Below are positions 10,378 to 19,153 of a stretch of DNA of 64,000 bases, piece after piece. A model generated the notes under the pieces. The model had not been told where the DNA came from. It saw nothing but the letters and a program-made list of their open reading frames with translations, and ran no database searches. This DNA is from Gemmatimonadota bacterium (GTDB lineage: Bacteria; Gemmatimonadota; Gemmatimonadetes; JACCXV01). The translations under genes and the position numbers were made by a program. How positions within the stretch are numbered: position 1 is the first letter of the stretch; each line of letters begins with the position of its first letter. Location: contig DATBJW010000008.1 in assembly GCA_036556205.1 (NCBI GenBank), positions 1,977 through 65,976 on the forward strand, written 5' to 3'.

Positions 10378-10841
10378 CCGGCGCCGACGCGACCCGTGGA
10401 GCCGTGCAGCGCATGCGGGTGCGTGTCCGCTACGCCGAGACCGACCAGATGGGAGTCGTCTACCACGCACACTACCTGGTATGGATGGACGTCGGACGCA
10501 CCGAGCTCCTTCGCGCCCTGGGTCATCCCTACGACGCGCTGGAACGCGCCGGCCTGCTGTTCGCGGTCTCGGACGTGAGCTGCCGCTTCGTTGGCGCGGC
10601 CCGCTACGGCGACGAGGTGGAGGTGGAGACCCGCGTCGCCGAGGTGCGCAGTCGCCAGGTGTGTTTCCGCTACCGGATCACGAGGGGCGGCGGCGAGCCC
10701 GTCGCGGAAGCATCCGCCACCGTGCTCGCACTCGGGCGCGACCGCCGGCCGCGAAGGATCCCGGCCGAGCTGCTCGCCTCCCTGCGCCCTCCGACCGGCG
10801 CGCGCCGCGCGCCCGTCCTCGAAGACGTGGCTCTGACATGA
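10374..10841 (+). CDS. YbgC/4HBT-type acyl-CoA thioesterase
   Basis: The hot-dog fold signature RVRYAETDQMGVVYHAHYLVWMDVGRTELLRALG is present. The start could be ATG 10413. The stop overlaps the next gene's ATG (ATGA). Confidence 0.8.
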   Translation: MTGADATRGAVQRMRVRVRYAETDQMGVVYHAHYLVWMDVGRTELLRALGHPYDALERAGLLFAVSDVSCRFVGAARYGDEVEVETRVAEVRSRQVCFRYRITRGGGEPVAEASATVLALGRDRRPRRIPAELLASLRPPTGARRAPVLEDVALT

Positions 10842-13771
10842 AAGGGCGCGGGCCACGAAAGGCCGGTCGGCGGGTCGGCGAGCGCGTTTGCCGCGGGCCG
10901 ATCGCGGCCGCGCTCGGGCTGCTGGCACTCGTGCTGGCGACAGCCGAGGCCTCCGGCCAGATCGTTCCCTTCGGCAAGAACAAGATCCGCTACGAGGACT
11001 TCGACTGGCACGTGCTGCACGGCGAGCACGTGGACGTCTACTTCTATCCCGAGGAGGCGGAGGTGGCGCAGGTCGCCCTGCGCGAGGCGGAGCTGGCCTA
11101 TGCCGACCTGGAGGTCAAGTTCGACTATCATCCGACGGAGCGGGTCCCGCTCATCATCTACAGCTCGCACGTCCACTTCGAGCAGACCAACATCCTGTCC
11201 GGCTTCATCCCCGAGGGTGTGGCCGGGTTCACCGAGTACCTCAAGGGCCGCGTCGCGCTCCCCTTCAACGGGTCCTACTACGACTTCCGGCACGTGATCA
11301 TCCACGAGCTGGTGCACGTCTTCCAGCTGCGCAAGATGACGCACGAGCGGGACCTGCATCCGAGCAGCGGCTCCCTGGGCCTGCCGCAGTGGTTCACGGA
11401 GGGGCTGGCGGAGCACTGGTCGAGCCAGTGGGGGTCGGAAGGGAATCTCTTCGTGGGCGACTTCGTGCTCTCCGGCAACCTGCCGCACATCCAGGAGCTC
11501 TACGCCTACAACGGAACGTTCGCGATCTACAAGCTGGGCCAATCCGTGCACGACTTCCTGGGGCGGGAGTTCGGCGAGGAACGCATGGCGCTGTTCTTGG
11601 AGAGCCTGTGGAAGTACGACAACCTGGACAGCGCCTTCAAGGCGATCTACGGGCTCAGCCTGGACGAGCTGGACGCGCGCTGGCGCTACGACCTGGAGCA
11701 GCGCTACTACCCTCAAGTCTCGCGCGCGACGCCGCTCGACCTCGCGGCCCAGCGCGTGATCACGAAGAGCCGCGCCAACTTCAAGCCCACCGTGGTGCCG
11801 CGGCCCGACAGCCTGCCCTCCCGCTTCTGCTACGTCTCGCCGCGGACCGGCTTCACGAACATCTATTGCGCGGACCTGGCCGGCGTGGACCGCCACGTCG
11901 AGACTGTGCTCGAGACGGAGCGGCGGCCCGAGTTCGAGTCCATCCACGGGTTCACCTCCAGTCTCGACGCCAATCTCCGGGGCGAGCTGGCGTTCGTCTC
12001 CAAGTTCGGGGAGAGCGACGCGCTGTTCGTGATGGACCTGGCGTCACGGAAGATCCGGCTCCAGCGCCGCTTCCCGGACCTGGTGGCGCTGTCGAGCCCG
12101 AGCTGGGATCCGTCGGGGGAGGCGCTGAGCTTCGTGGGGCTCTCAAAGGCCGGGTTCTCCGACCTCTACATCTATCGGATCCCGGCGGACAGCCTGGAGC
12201 GCCTGACGGAGAGCCGCTTCCTCGAGGAGGATCCGGCCTGGTCGCCCGACGGCGCCTGGATCGTCTACGCCACCGACAGCATCCCCGGGGGGAACCGCGG
12301 CTACAAGAACCTGGTCGCGCGCGAGCTCGCCACCGGCAGGTTGCGCCCGCTCACGCGCGGCCCCTGGCGCGACACCGATCCGCGCTGGTCGGCCGACGGA
12401 CGGCGCGTGGTCTTCACGTCGGACCGGTCCGGCCTGGCGGCGCTCTACGAGGTGGACCTGCAGGGCGACGGCCGCCGGCTCATCGAGTCGAGCGGGGGCG
12501 TCCTGGACGGCGAGCCGTTCCGCACGCGCGACCCCGACGGCACGGAGCGCGAGGCGCTGCTCTTCGCGGGCTACGAGAACGGCCAGGCCGCGATCTGGAG
12601 CGCGACCGTGCCCGACAGCGGAGGCGAGGCGATCACGCTGGCCCCCGACACCGCCTCCCTCGGTTGGAGCTGGCAGGAGGTGCTGGCTGACTCGGGCCGG
12701 GCCGTGGCCTCGGCCCCGTACCGCCGGCGCTTCTCGCTGGACCTGGCCGCGGGAGGGACGGCGGTGGGCGGCAACACCAGCGTCGAGGCGGTCCAGGCGC
12801 TCTTCAGCGACTTCCTGGGCGACCATCTGATCCTGCTCGAGCTCTACAGCTTCACCCAGGACGTGGAGAACTTCTTCGACAACCTGGGCGGCGAGGTCAC
12901 CTACCTGAACCTGAAGCGGCGTCTGAACTGGGGGGCGACCGCCTACCGGGTGAATGCCAACTACCTGACGAACGGGACGCTCAACTCGCCGCCCGAGCTG
13001 TACCGGGTCGACCGCTACGGCGGAGGTGGGATCCTCAGTTATCCGCTCTCCAAGTTCCGGCGCATAGAGACGCGCCTCAACCTCGAGCACAACGACACGT
13101 TCGCGATCGGGCAGTCGTTCGAAGGCGGCCTGGTGGATCGGACCGGGATCATCGGGATCACGGGGGTCTCATACATCAAGGACAACACGCTCTGGCTGCC
13201 CACGGGACCCATCGACGGCGAGCGTTACAACGTGAGCCTGGGAGGCACCGCCAACCTGTCCGACGCTGAGGCCGAGAGCTTCTTCGCCGTCTTCGACTAC
13301 CGGCGCTACTTCCGGCTCGGCCTGCAGAGCGCCTATGCGGTGCGCGGCCAGTTCCTCTACTCCGACGGCCTCCTGCCGGTGCGCTTCGTGATGGGCGGCT
13401 CGGGCACCCTGCGCGGATATCCGCGCTTCGAGCTGCTGGGGTCGCGGTACGCGCTCGTGAACCAGGAGCTGCGCTTCCCCCTGCTGACGGGCTTCGCGTT
13501 CGGCACGCCCATCCTGGGCGCGGTCCGTTTCCCGGGGGTCCAGGGGGCGCTGTTCCTGGACCTGGGAAACGCGTGGGAAGAGGTCGAGCAGGAGGAGTTG
13601 GGGTTTCCCGGCGTGCTCGGGAGCTACGGGCTGGGCCTGCGGATGAGCCTGGGCGGCCCACTCGTGCTGCGGCTGGATTTCTCGCGACTCTTCGAGATCG
13701 ACGACAAGCGAGACCTGCGCGTCTACAACGACAAGAACCGCATCGACTTCTTCATCGGGTTCAACTACTGA
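10838..13771 (+). CDS. Outer-membrane fusion protein: signal peptide + HExxH peptidase (MA_2-like) domain + TolB-like PD40 repeats + Omp85/surface-antigen beta-barrel
   Basis: ATG 10838 is in frame in ORF 10481..13771. The signal peptide is AAALGLLALVLATAEASGQ. HELVH lies at nt 11303-11317 with a downstream TEGLAEHW. Repeated SPxWSPDG / DPRWSADGRRVVFTSDRSG motifs mark PD40 repeats. The C-terminal region GGSGTLRGYP..VNQELRFPL..GALFLDLGNAW ends FFIGFNY, as in an Omp85 barrel. Confidence 0.8.
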   Translation: MKGRGPRKAGRRVGERVCRGPIAAALGLLALVLATAEASGQIVPFGKNKIRYEDFDWHVLHGEHVDVYFYPEEAEVAQVALREAELAYADLEVKFDYHPTERVPLIIYSSHVHFEQTNILSGFIPEGVAGFTEYLKGRVALPFNGSYYDFRHVIIHELVHVFQLRKMTHERDLHPSSGSLGLPQWFTEGLAEHWSSQWGSEGNLFVGDFVLSGNLPHIQELYAYNGTFAIYKLGQSVHDFLGREFGEERMALFLESLWKYDNLDSAFKAIYGLSLDELDARWRYDLEQRYYPQVSRATPLDLAAQRVITKSRANFKPTVVPRPDSLPSRFCYVSPRTGFTNIYCADLAGVDRHVETVLETERRPEFESIHGFTSSLDANLRGELAFVSKFGESDALFVMDLASRKIRLQRRFPDLVALSSPSWDPSGEALSFVGLSKAGFSDLYIYRIPADSLERLTESRFLEEDPAWSPDGAWIVYATDSIPGGNRGYKNLVARELATGRLRPLTRGPWRDTDPRWSADGRRVVFTSDRSGLAALYEVDLQGDGRRLIESSGGVLDGEPFRTRDPDGTEREALLFAGYENGQAAIWSATVPDSGGEAITLAPDTASLGWSWQEVLADSGRAVASAPYRRRFSLDLAAGGTAVGGNTSVEAVQALFSDFLGDHLILLELYSFTQDVENFFDNLGGEVTYLNLKRRLNWGATAYRVNANYLTNGTLNSPPELYRVDRYGGGGILSYPLSKFRRIETRLNLEHNDTFAIGQSFEGGLVDRTGIIGITGVSYIKDNTLWLPTGPIDGERYNVSLGGTANLSDAEAESFFAVFDYRRYFRLGLQSAYAVRGQFLYSDGLLPVRFVMGGSGTLRGYPRFELLGSRYALVNQELRFPLLTGFAFGTPILGAVRFPGVQGALFLDLGNAWEEVEQEELGFPGVLGSYGLGLRMSLGGPLVLRLDFSRLFEIDDKRDLRVYNDKNRIDFFIGFNY

Positions 13772-14967
13772 GCGGGCGCCTCCGGCGCACCGGAGGCCGC
13801 GGTCGCGGGAGCCGACGTTCCCGCCCCGGGGCCCGCGTCCAGGAGCGCGAGGGTGCCCCGGTCCGTGACCACGGCCAGGCGTCCCTCGACCCAGACCGGC
13901 GTCGCCGCCGCCCCCGCGAGCTCGGCGCGGCCCAGAACGGCGCCGTCGGCTGCCGCGAGCGTCCACACCGCGCCCGCGAGATCGGCCACGGCCACGCGGC
14001 CGCCGTCGGGCGAGACGGCGGGAGGTGCCGCCGCCAGCGCATCGAGGTCGCGCTCCCAGAGCGGCGTCCCGGACGGCAGGGCGTAGGCCCGGAGGCGCCG
14101 GTCCTTTCCGGCCGCGACCAGGAGGCCCGGCCCGGCGGCGGGGGCCCGCTGGAGCGGCGCCGAGGACACGTCCAGGGTGCCCGCGGCGAGCTCGTGGTCG
14201 AAGGAGCGGATGCGGCCGTCGAAGGTGGCCGCCGCGAACCCGCCCCCGGGGAGCGGGACGAGCTCCGGCGTGGCGGGGGATCCGAGGTCGAGGGATCCCA
14301 GGCGACGGCCGGTGGCCGGATCCAGGCGGACGAGCGTTCCCGCGGCCGAGAGGACGATCAGATCGCCGTCCGCGAGAAGCGAGCCGCCCGGGAAGACGCC
14401 CTCCGCGCGCGTCTCCCAGATCTGGTCGCCCGTGCGGGTGTCCACGGCACGGATCCAGCCGCCCAGCGAGACGAAGAAGGCGCGCGCCTCCTCCACCAGG
14501 GGCGGCTGCGAGACGTCGCCCACCTTGCGGGTCCAGCGCGTCAGTCCGCTGCGCGGGTCGAGGGCGTAGGCCGTGGCGTCGGGGTGCGGCGAGACGACGA
14601 TCAGCTGGTCGCCCGCGAGTCGCGGAGACGCCTGGAAGCCGCGCGCGAGCCCGTGCGACCAGAGCTCCCGGCCCGTGGTCAGCTCGAACGCCTTGACGTT
14701 CGAGCGCGCGGTCGCCACGTACAGCCTGCCCCCCGCGGCCAGCGGCTGGGCCGTGGCCCCGCGCCCGGCACCGACCTGCCAGACCACGGCGAGCGGCGGG
14801 GGAAGCCCGGCGTCCGAAGCGGCGGGGGTCGTGGCCTCCGGTTCCGCCGGGCCGCTCTGGGCGGCGAACGTCGGGGTCGTGAGCAGGAGACCCGCGAGCG
14901 TGCTCGCGACGAAAGCCGGTCGCGCTCGAGGTGCTCGAGGATTCTCTGCCGAAGGGTCGCGGGTCAC
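13765..14967 (-). CDS. PQQ-like (BamB-like) beta-propeller repeat protein, secreted
   Basis: GTG start. The signal peptide is [21 protein letters not shown]. Repeated motifs (G.LYVA.....V.A.D..TG...W) are typical of PQQ/BamB propellers. The stop overlaps the convergent upstream gene by 7 nt. Confidence 0.7.
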   Translation of the reverse strand: MTRDPSAENPRAPRARPAFVASTLAGLLLTTPTFAAQSGPAEPEATTPAASDAGLPPPLAVVWQVGAGRGATAQPLAAGGRLYVATARSNVKAFELTTGRELWSHGLARGFQASPRLAGDQLIVVSPHPDATAYALDPRSGLTRWTRKVGDVSQPPLVEEARAFFVSLGGWIRAVDTRTGDQIWETRAEGVFPGGSLLADGDLIVLSAAGTLVRLDPATGRRLGSLDLGSPATPELVPLPGGGFAAATFDGRIRSFDHELAAGTLDVSSAPLQRAPAAGPGLLVAAGKDRRLRAYALPSGTPLWERDLDALAAAPPAVSPDGGRVAVADLAGAVWTLAAADGAVLGRAELAGAAATPVWVEGRLAVVTDRGTLALLDAGPGAGTSAPATAASGAPEAPAQ

Positions 14968-15122
14968 AGTGCCAAGCTAGACCCGCCGCCTGGCGTGGGC
15001 AACGCGACCAGGCCCGGCGGGGGCGTGAGGGTGACAGGAGGAGGTCGCGGCGGGCCGGCCGGCAGCTTCGAGCCGGTGAACCTCGGCCGCGCCCCGAGCC
15101 GGGCGCGCGAAGGATGGTGAGC

Positions 15123-16454
15123 ATGGACCCTGTCTCGGCACTGGCGCCAGGCGACGCCTCAACCGTCGTCCGGGTGCGCGACCTGGGCGCTCACGTGGGC
15201 CGTGAGGTCACGGTGCGCGGTTGGCTCACCACCAAGCGCTCGAGCGGCAAGATCCGGTTCCTGGTCCTGCGGGACGGCAGCGGCCTCCTGCAGTGCGTGA
15301 TGGCGAAGGCGAGCGTGGACGAGGCCACCTTCGCGGCCTACGACGTCCTCACGCAGGAGACCTCGCTCGAGGCCTCGGGGACGGTCCGCGCCGACGCGCG
15401 CGCGCCGGGGGGCTTCGAGCTGGACGTCCGGCGGCTGGCGCCGTTCCAGATCGCGGAGGAGTTCCCGATCAGCCCCAAGGAGCACGGCACCACCTTCCTC
15501 ATGGACCACCGGCACCTGTGGCTCCGCTCGAGCCGGCAGTGGCACATCCTGCGCGTGCGCGCCGAGATCGTCCGGCGCATCCGGGAGTTCTTCGATTCAC
15601 GCGGATTCGTGCTGATCGACACGCCGCTGCTGACCGGAGCCATCGGGGAATCGGCGGGGACGCTCTTCGAGACCGAGTACTTCGACCTGGGGAAGGCCTA
15701 CCTGGCGCAGACCGGTCAGCTCTACGTGGAGGCGGCCATCTACGCCTTCGGCGACGTCTACTGCTTCGGGCCCACGTTCCGCGCCGAGAAGTCCAAGACG
15801 CGGCGGCACCTGACCGAGTTCTGGATGGTGGAGCCCGAGATGGCCTGGTGCGACTGGCGGCGGAACATGGAGGTGCAGGAGCAGCTGGTCACGCACATCG
15901 TTCAGGGCGTGCTCGAGACCCGGCGCGAGGACCTGAAGGCCATCGGGCGCGACCTCTCGAAGCTGGAGGGGATCCATCCCCCGTTCCCACGCGTCTCCTA
16001 CGACGAGGCGATCGAGACGCTCCGCGCCGGGGGGTCGCCCATCGAATGGGGCAGCGACCTCGGTGCCGAGGACGAGACCGCGCTCGCCTCGCGCCACGAG
16101 CGGCCGCTCTTCGTGTACAAGTATCCGCGGGTGGCCAAAGCCTTCTACATGAAGTCCGACCCCGAGCGCCCCGAGGTCGTGCTCTGCGACGACCTGCTGG
16201 CGCCCGAGGGCTACGGCGAGATCATCGGCGGGTCGCAGAGGATCGACGATCCCGACGAGCTCGTGCGCCGGATCGAGGAGGAAGGGCTGCCGCGCGCGTC
16301 CTACGAATGGTACATCGACCTGCGCCGCTACGGCTCGGTGCCCCACGCGGGCTTCGGCCTGGGCGTCGAGCGCACGGTGGCCTGGATCTGCGGGCTGCCG
16401 CATGTGCGCGAGACGATCCCGTTCGCGCGCATGATCAACCGCATCACGCCGTAG
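15123..16454 (+). CDS. asnS: Asparagine--tRNA ligase
   Basis: Class IIb aaRS with an OB-fold N-terminus and [24 protein letters not shown], which is AsnRS-like. AGGA lies 8 nt upstream of ATG 15123. An in-frame ATG at 15114 is an alternative start. Confidence 0.88.
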   Translation: MDPVSALAPGDASTVVRVRDLGAHVGREVTVRGWLTTKRSSGKIRFLVLRDGSGLLQCVMAKASVDEATFAAYDVLTQETSLEASGTVRADARAPGGFELDVRRLAPFQIAEEFPISPKEHGTTFLMDHRHLWLRSSRQWHILRVRAEIVRRIREFFDSRGFVLIDTPLLTGAIGESAGTLFETEYFDLGKAYLAQTGQLYVEAAIYAFGDVYCFGPTFRAEKSKTRRHLTEFWMVEPEMAWCDWRRNMEVQEQLVTHIVQGVLETRREDLKAIGRDLSKLEGIHPPFPRVSYDEAIETLRAGGSPIEWGSDLGAEDETALASRHERPLFVYKYPRVAKAFYMKSDPERPEVVLCDDLLAPEGYGEIIGGSQRIDDPDELVRRIEEEGLPRASYEWYIDLRRYGSVPHAGFGLGVERTVAWICGLPHVRETIPFARMINRITP

Positions 16455-16480
16455 GCCGGCTCCTCGCGCGGGCGGCGGTC

Positions 16481-16524
16481 TGGCTCGCTCGGCGAGGAAG
16501 ATCAACGCCTCGCCGAGCCAGCCG
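16481..16524. terminator. Strong GC hairpin between convergent asnS and mazG (possible bidirectional terminator, no U-tract)
   Basis: There is a perfect 11-bp stem, gctcggcgagg (16487-16497) with cctcgccgagc (16508-16518), and a 10-nt loop. The stem extends by 4-5 more pairs after one mismatch. Confidence 0.35.
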
Positions 16525-16655
16525 CTGCCGCTGACCTCAACGCCTCTCCTCGCGCGGACGGCGGTCTGGCTCTGCCGGCGGAGTTCCGACAAAGCAGAGG
16601 GTCCGATAGGCACGGCACTGGCAAGGTCTCAACCAAGGATGACTCGCTGAGCCAG

Positions 16656-17486
16656 TTACTGCCCGCTGGAGCCGTCCTCTTCGCTCTTCGCCTCGTCCCA
16701 TAGCGCGTCGAGCGCCGCGAGACCGGCGGTGGCGACGTCGAGGCCGCGCTCGGCAGCGAGCTCCTCGACGCGCTCGAAGCGCCGCCGGAACTTGGCGTTC
16801 GCGCGCTCGAGCGCGTCCTCCCCGACGAGTCCCGCCTTGCGCGCGACGTTCACCGCCGCGAAGAGCAGGTCGCCGAGCTCTTCCTCGAGAGCCGCCGCAT
16901 CCGGAGGTGAGGTGTGGAGCTGCGCCGAGACCTCGACCAGCTCCTCGCGGAGCTTCGCGAGTGCCCCGCGGACATCGGGCCAGTCGAACCCGACGGAAAC
17001 GGCGCGCTCCTGGAGGCGCTGCGCCTTGAGGAGCGCCGGCAGCGCGCGCGGAACGCCTTCCAGGAGGCGGGCGGGCTCCCCGGGGGCCGAGCGCTCGCGG
17101 CGCTTGAGCTCTTCCCAGGGCACGGGCGGGAGCGGGTCCGACGCCGGCGTCCGGCCCGCGGCCTCGCCGAAGACGTGCGGATGCCGGCGCACCATCTTCT
17201 CCACGATCCGCTCGAAGACCTGCGCGTTTGTGAAGGCGCCGCGACGCTCGGCGAGCACGGTCTGGAAGGCCACGTGGAGAGCCAGATCGCCGAGCTCGCC
17301 GAGGAGCGCGGCGTCGTCGCCCGCGAGCACGGCCTCCCGCACCTCGTAGGCCTCCTCGACCAGATAGGGGAGCAGGGAGCGCGGCGTCTGGGCGCGGTCC
17401 CACGCACAGCCGTCGTCGGCCAGCAGCCGGCGGAGCAGCGTCAGCAGGTCTTCGAAGGCGGCGGGTGTGGCGTCGGGCTCGGTCAC
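16656..17486 (-). CDS. mazG: Nucleoside triphosphate pyrophosphohydrolase MazG
   Basis: Tandem MazG domains are indicated by LLRRLLADDGCAWDRAQTPRSLLPYLVEEAYEV and EELGDLLFAAVNVARKAG. Confidence 0.9.
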   Translation of the reverse strand: MTEPDATPAAFEDLLTLLRRLLADDGCAWDRAQTPRSLLPYLVEEAYEVREAVLAGDDAALLGELGDLALHVAFQTVLAERRGAFTNAQVFERIVEKMVRRHPHVFGEAAGRTPASDPLPPVPWEELKRRERSAPGEPARLLEGVPRALPALLKAQRLQERAVSVGFDWPDVRGALAKLREELVEVSAQLHTSPPDAAALEEELGDLLFAAVNVARKAGLVGEDALERANAKFRRRFERVEELAAERGLDVATAGLAALDALWDEAKSEEDGSSGQ

Positions 17487-17561
17487 GTCGGGCCTCGTGG
17501 CGGTTTGCGCGCTCGCGGCGGCGAATACTATTCTTTCGCGCCCTCAACGGAAGCGTGAGCG

Positions 17562-18710
17562 ATGCGAACGTGGGCGGACATACGGTTCGAGGCCCTGGCC
17601 GCCAACCTCGCAGCGCTGAAGAAGCGTTTGGCGCCCGGCGGCGGCCTGCTCTTGCCCGTGAAGGCCGACGCCTACGGCCACGGCGCGGCGCAGATCTCGC
17701 TCTGGGCCGAGGAGCTGGGCGTGGGCTGGCTCGGAGTGGCCTCGCTCGACGAGGCGACCTCGATCCGGCGGGCCGGTGTGCGCGCCCGGCTCCTGCTCTT
17801 CGGGCCGCTCCCCGACCTCGGGCTGGCGGAGCTGGTCGCCTGGCGCGTGACGCCCACGCTCTGCTCGGTGGACGATGCCCTGCGCTGGGCACGCGCGGCC
17901 CCCGGCGTGCCCGCGCACGTGGAGATCGACACGGGCATGGGTCGCGGCGGCTTCGACTGGCGCCGCGTCACGGAGGTCGCCCGGCTGGCCGGGATCGCGG
18001 GTCTCGTGTGCGAAGCCGCCTACACGCACTTCGCGGCGGCCGAGACCGAGCCCGCCTTCACGATCGCCCAGGACGAGCGCTTCCGGCGGCTCCTGGCCGA
18101 TCTCGCCGGCCGGGGCCTGCGCTTTCCGATGGTGCATCTCTCGAACAGCGCCGCCTTGCTCCTGCATCCGGGAAGGCCCGAGGATCTGGCTCGGCCCGGG
18201 ATCGCGGTGTACGGCGCGCTGCGCGAGACGGGCGTGCGGCCCGACGTGGCCCGCGAGTTCCGTCCCGTCCTCGAGTGGTGGGCGCCCGTCGTGCAGGTGC
18301 GGGAGTTCCTGCCCGGCGACACCGTCGGGTACGGCCGCACGGCCCGCATTGAGACGCCCACGCGCGCGGCGCTGCTCGGGGTGGGCTACGGCGACGGGTA
18401 TCCCCGCTCCCAGGTGGCCTCGGGCTTCGTGCTGCTGGGCGGCGAGCGCTGCCCGCTCCTGGGTCGCGTGTCGATGGACCTCGTGATGGTGGACGTGGGA
18501 CGGGCCGGTGCCGTGCGCGAGGGCGACGCAGCGCTCCTGGTAGGCGAGGCGCCCGGGCTCTCCGCCGAGGAGGTGGCGGCGCGCTCGGGGACGATCAGCT
18601 ACGAGCTCCTGACCGGCATCCGTTCGCGCGTCGAGCGCCGCTACCTGCGCGGCGCGGGCGGAAGAGAGCGGGCGGAACCCCTCGCCCGGGGTGCGGTACA
18701 GACCGCGTGA
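17562..18710 (+). CDS. alr: Alanine racemase
   Basis: The PLP-lysine motif PVKADAYGHG is present, with a C-terminal VGYG..SMD pattern. Length is 382 aa. Confidence 0.92.
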   Translation: MRTWADIRFEALAANLAALKKRLAPGGGLLLPVKADAYGHGAAQISLWAEELGVGWLGVASLDEATSIRRAGVRARLLLFGPLPDLGLAELVAWRVTPTLCSVDDALRWARAAPGVPAHVEIDTGMGRGGFDWRRVTEVARLAGIAGLVCEAAYTHFAAAETEPAFTIAQDERFRRLLADLAGRGLRFPMVHLSNSAALLLHPGRPEDLARPGIAVYGALRETGVRPDVAREFRPVLEWWAPVVQVREFLPGDTVGYGRTARIETPTRAALLGVGYGDGYPRSQVASGFVLLGGERCPLLGRVSMDLVMVDVGRAGAVREGDAALLVGEAPGLSAEEVAARSGTISYELLTGIRSRVERRYLRGAGGRERAEPLARGAVQTA

Positions 18711-19153
18711 CGGCCGCGCGGGAGGGAAAGGCCGCGGTGAGCGGGCCCGACGCTCGCTTGCTGGCCGCGGCGGCGGCGGCCCGCGTGCACGCTCATGCTC
18801 CGTACTCGGGGTACGCGGTCGGCGCGGCCCTCGAGACCGCGAGCGGCCGCGTCTTCACCGGCGCCAACGTCGAGAACGCATCCTACGGCATCACGCTTTG
18901 CGCCGAGCGCGTGGCGCTCGTCAAGGCGGTCTCGGAGGGCGAGCGCGCGTTCGTCCGCATCGCCGTCGTCGGCGAAGGCGCGCCCCCTTTCCCGTGCGGC
19001 GCCTGCCGCCAGGCCCTGGCGGAGTTCGCGCCCGATCTCGAGGTGCTGGTTCGCGGCTCGGGGGGGCTCGCGCGTCGGCGTCTCTCGGAGCTCCTCCCGG
19101 ACCCGTTCCGTCTGACCGCGCGCGGGAAGGCGCGCCAACCCCGAGGCTCGTGA
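18707..19153 (+). CDS. cdd: Cytidine deaminase
   Basis: Zinc motifs CAERVA and PCGACRQ are present. The GTG start overlaps the alr stop. Confidence 0.9.
   Translation: MTAAREGKAAVSGPDARLLAAAAAARVHAHAPYSGYAVGAALETASGRVFTGANVENASYGITLCAERVALVKAVSEGERAFVRIAVVGEGAPPFPCGACRQALAEFAPDLEVLVRGSGGLARRRLSELLPDPFRLTARGKARQPRGS

Noticed and set aside
17487-17561. Divergent promoter between mazG and alr (TACTAT / TATTCT box around 17526-17535).
   Set aside because: A -10-like box exists, but no acceptable -35 hexamer lies at 16-18 nt spacing (best are GTTTGC at 17 nt or TTGCGC at 15 nt). The evidence is too weak to list as a feature.
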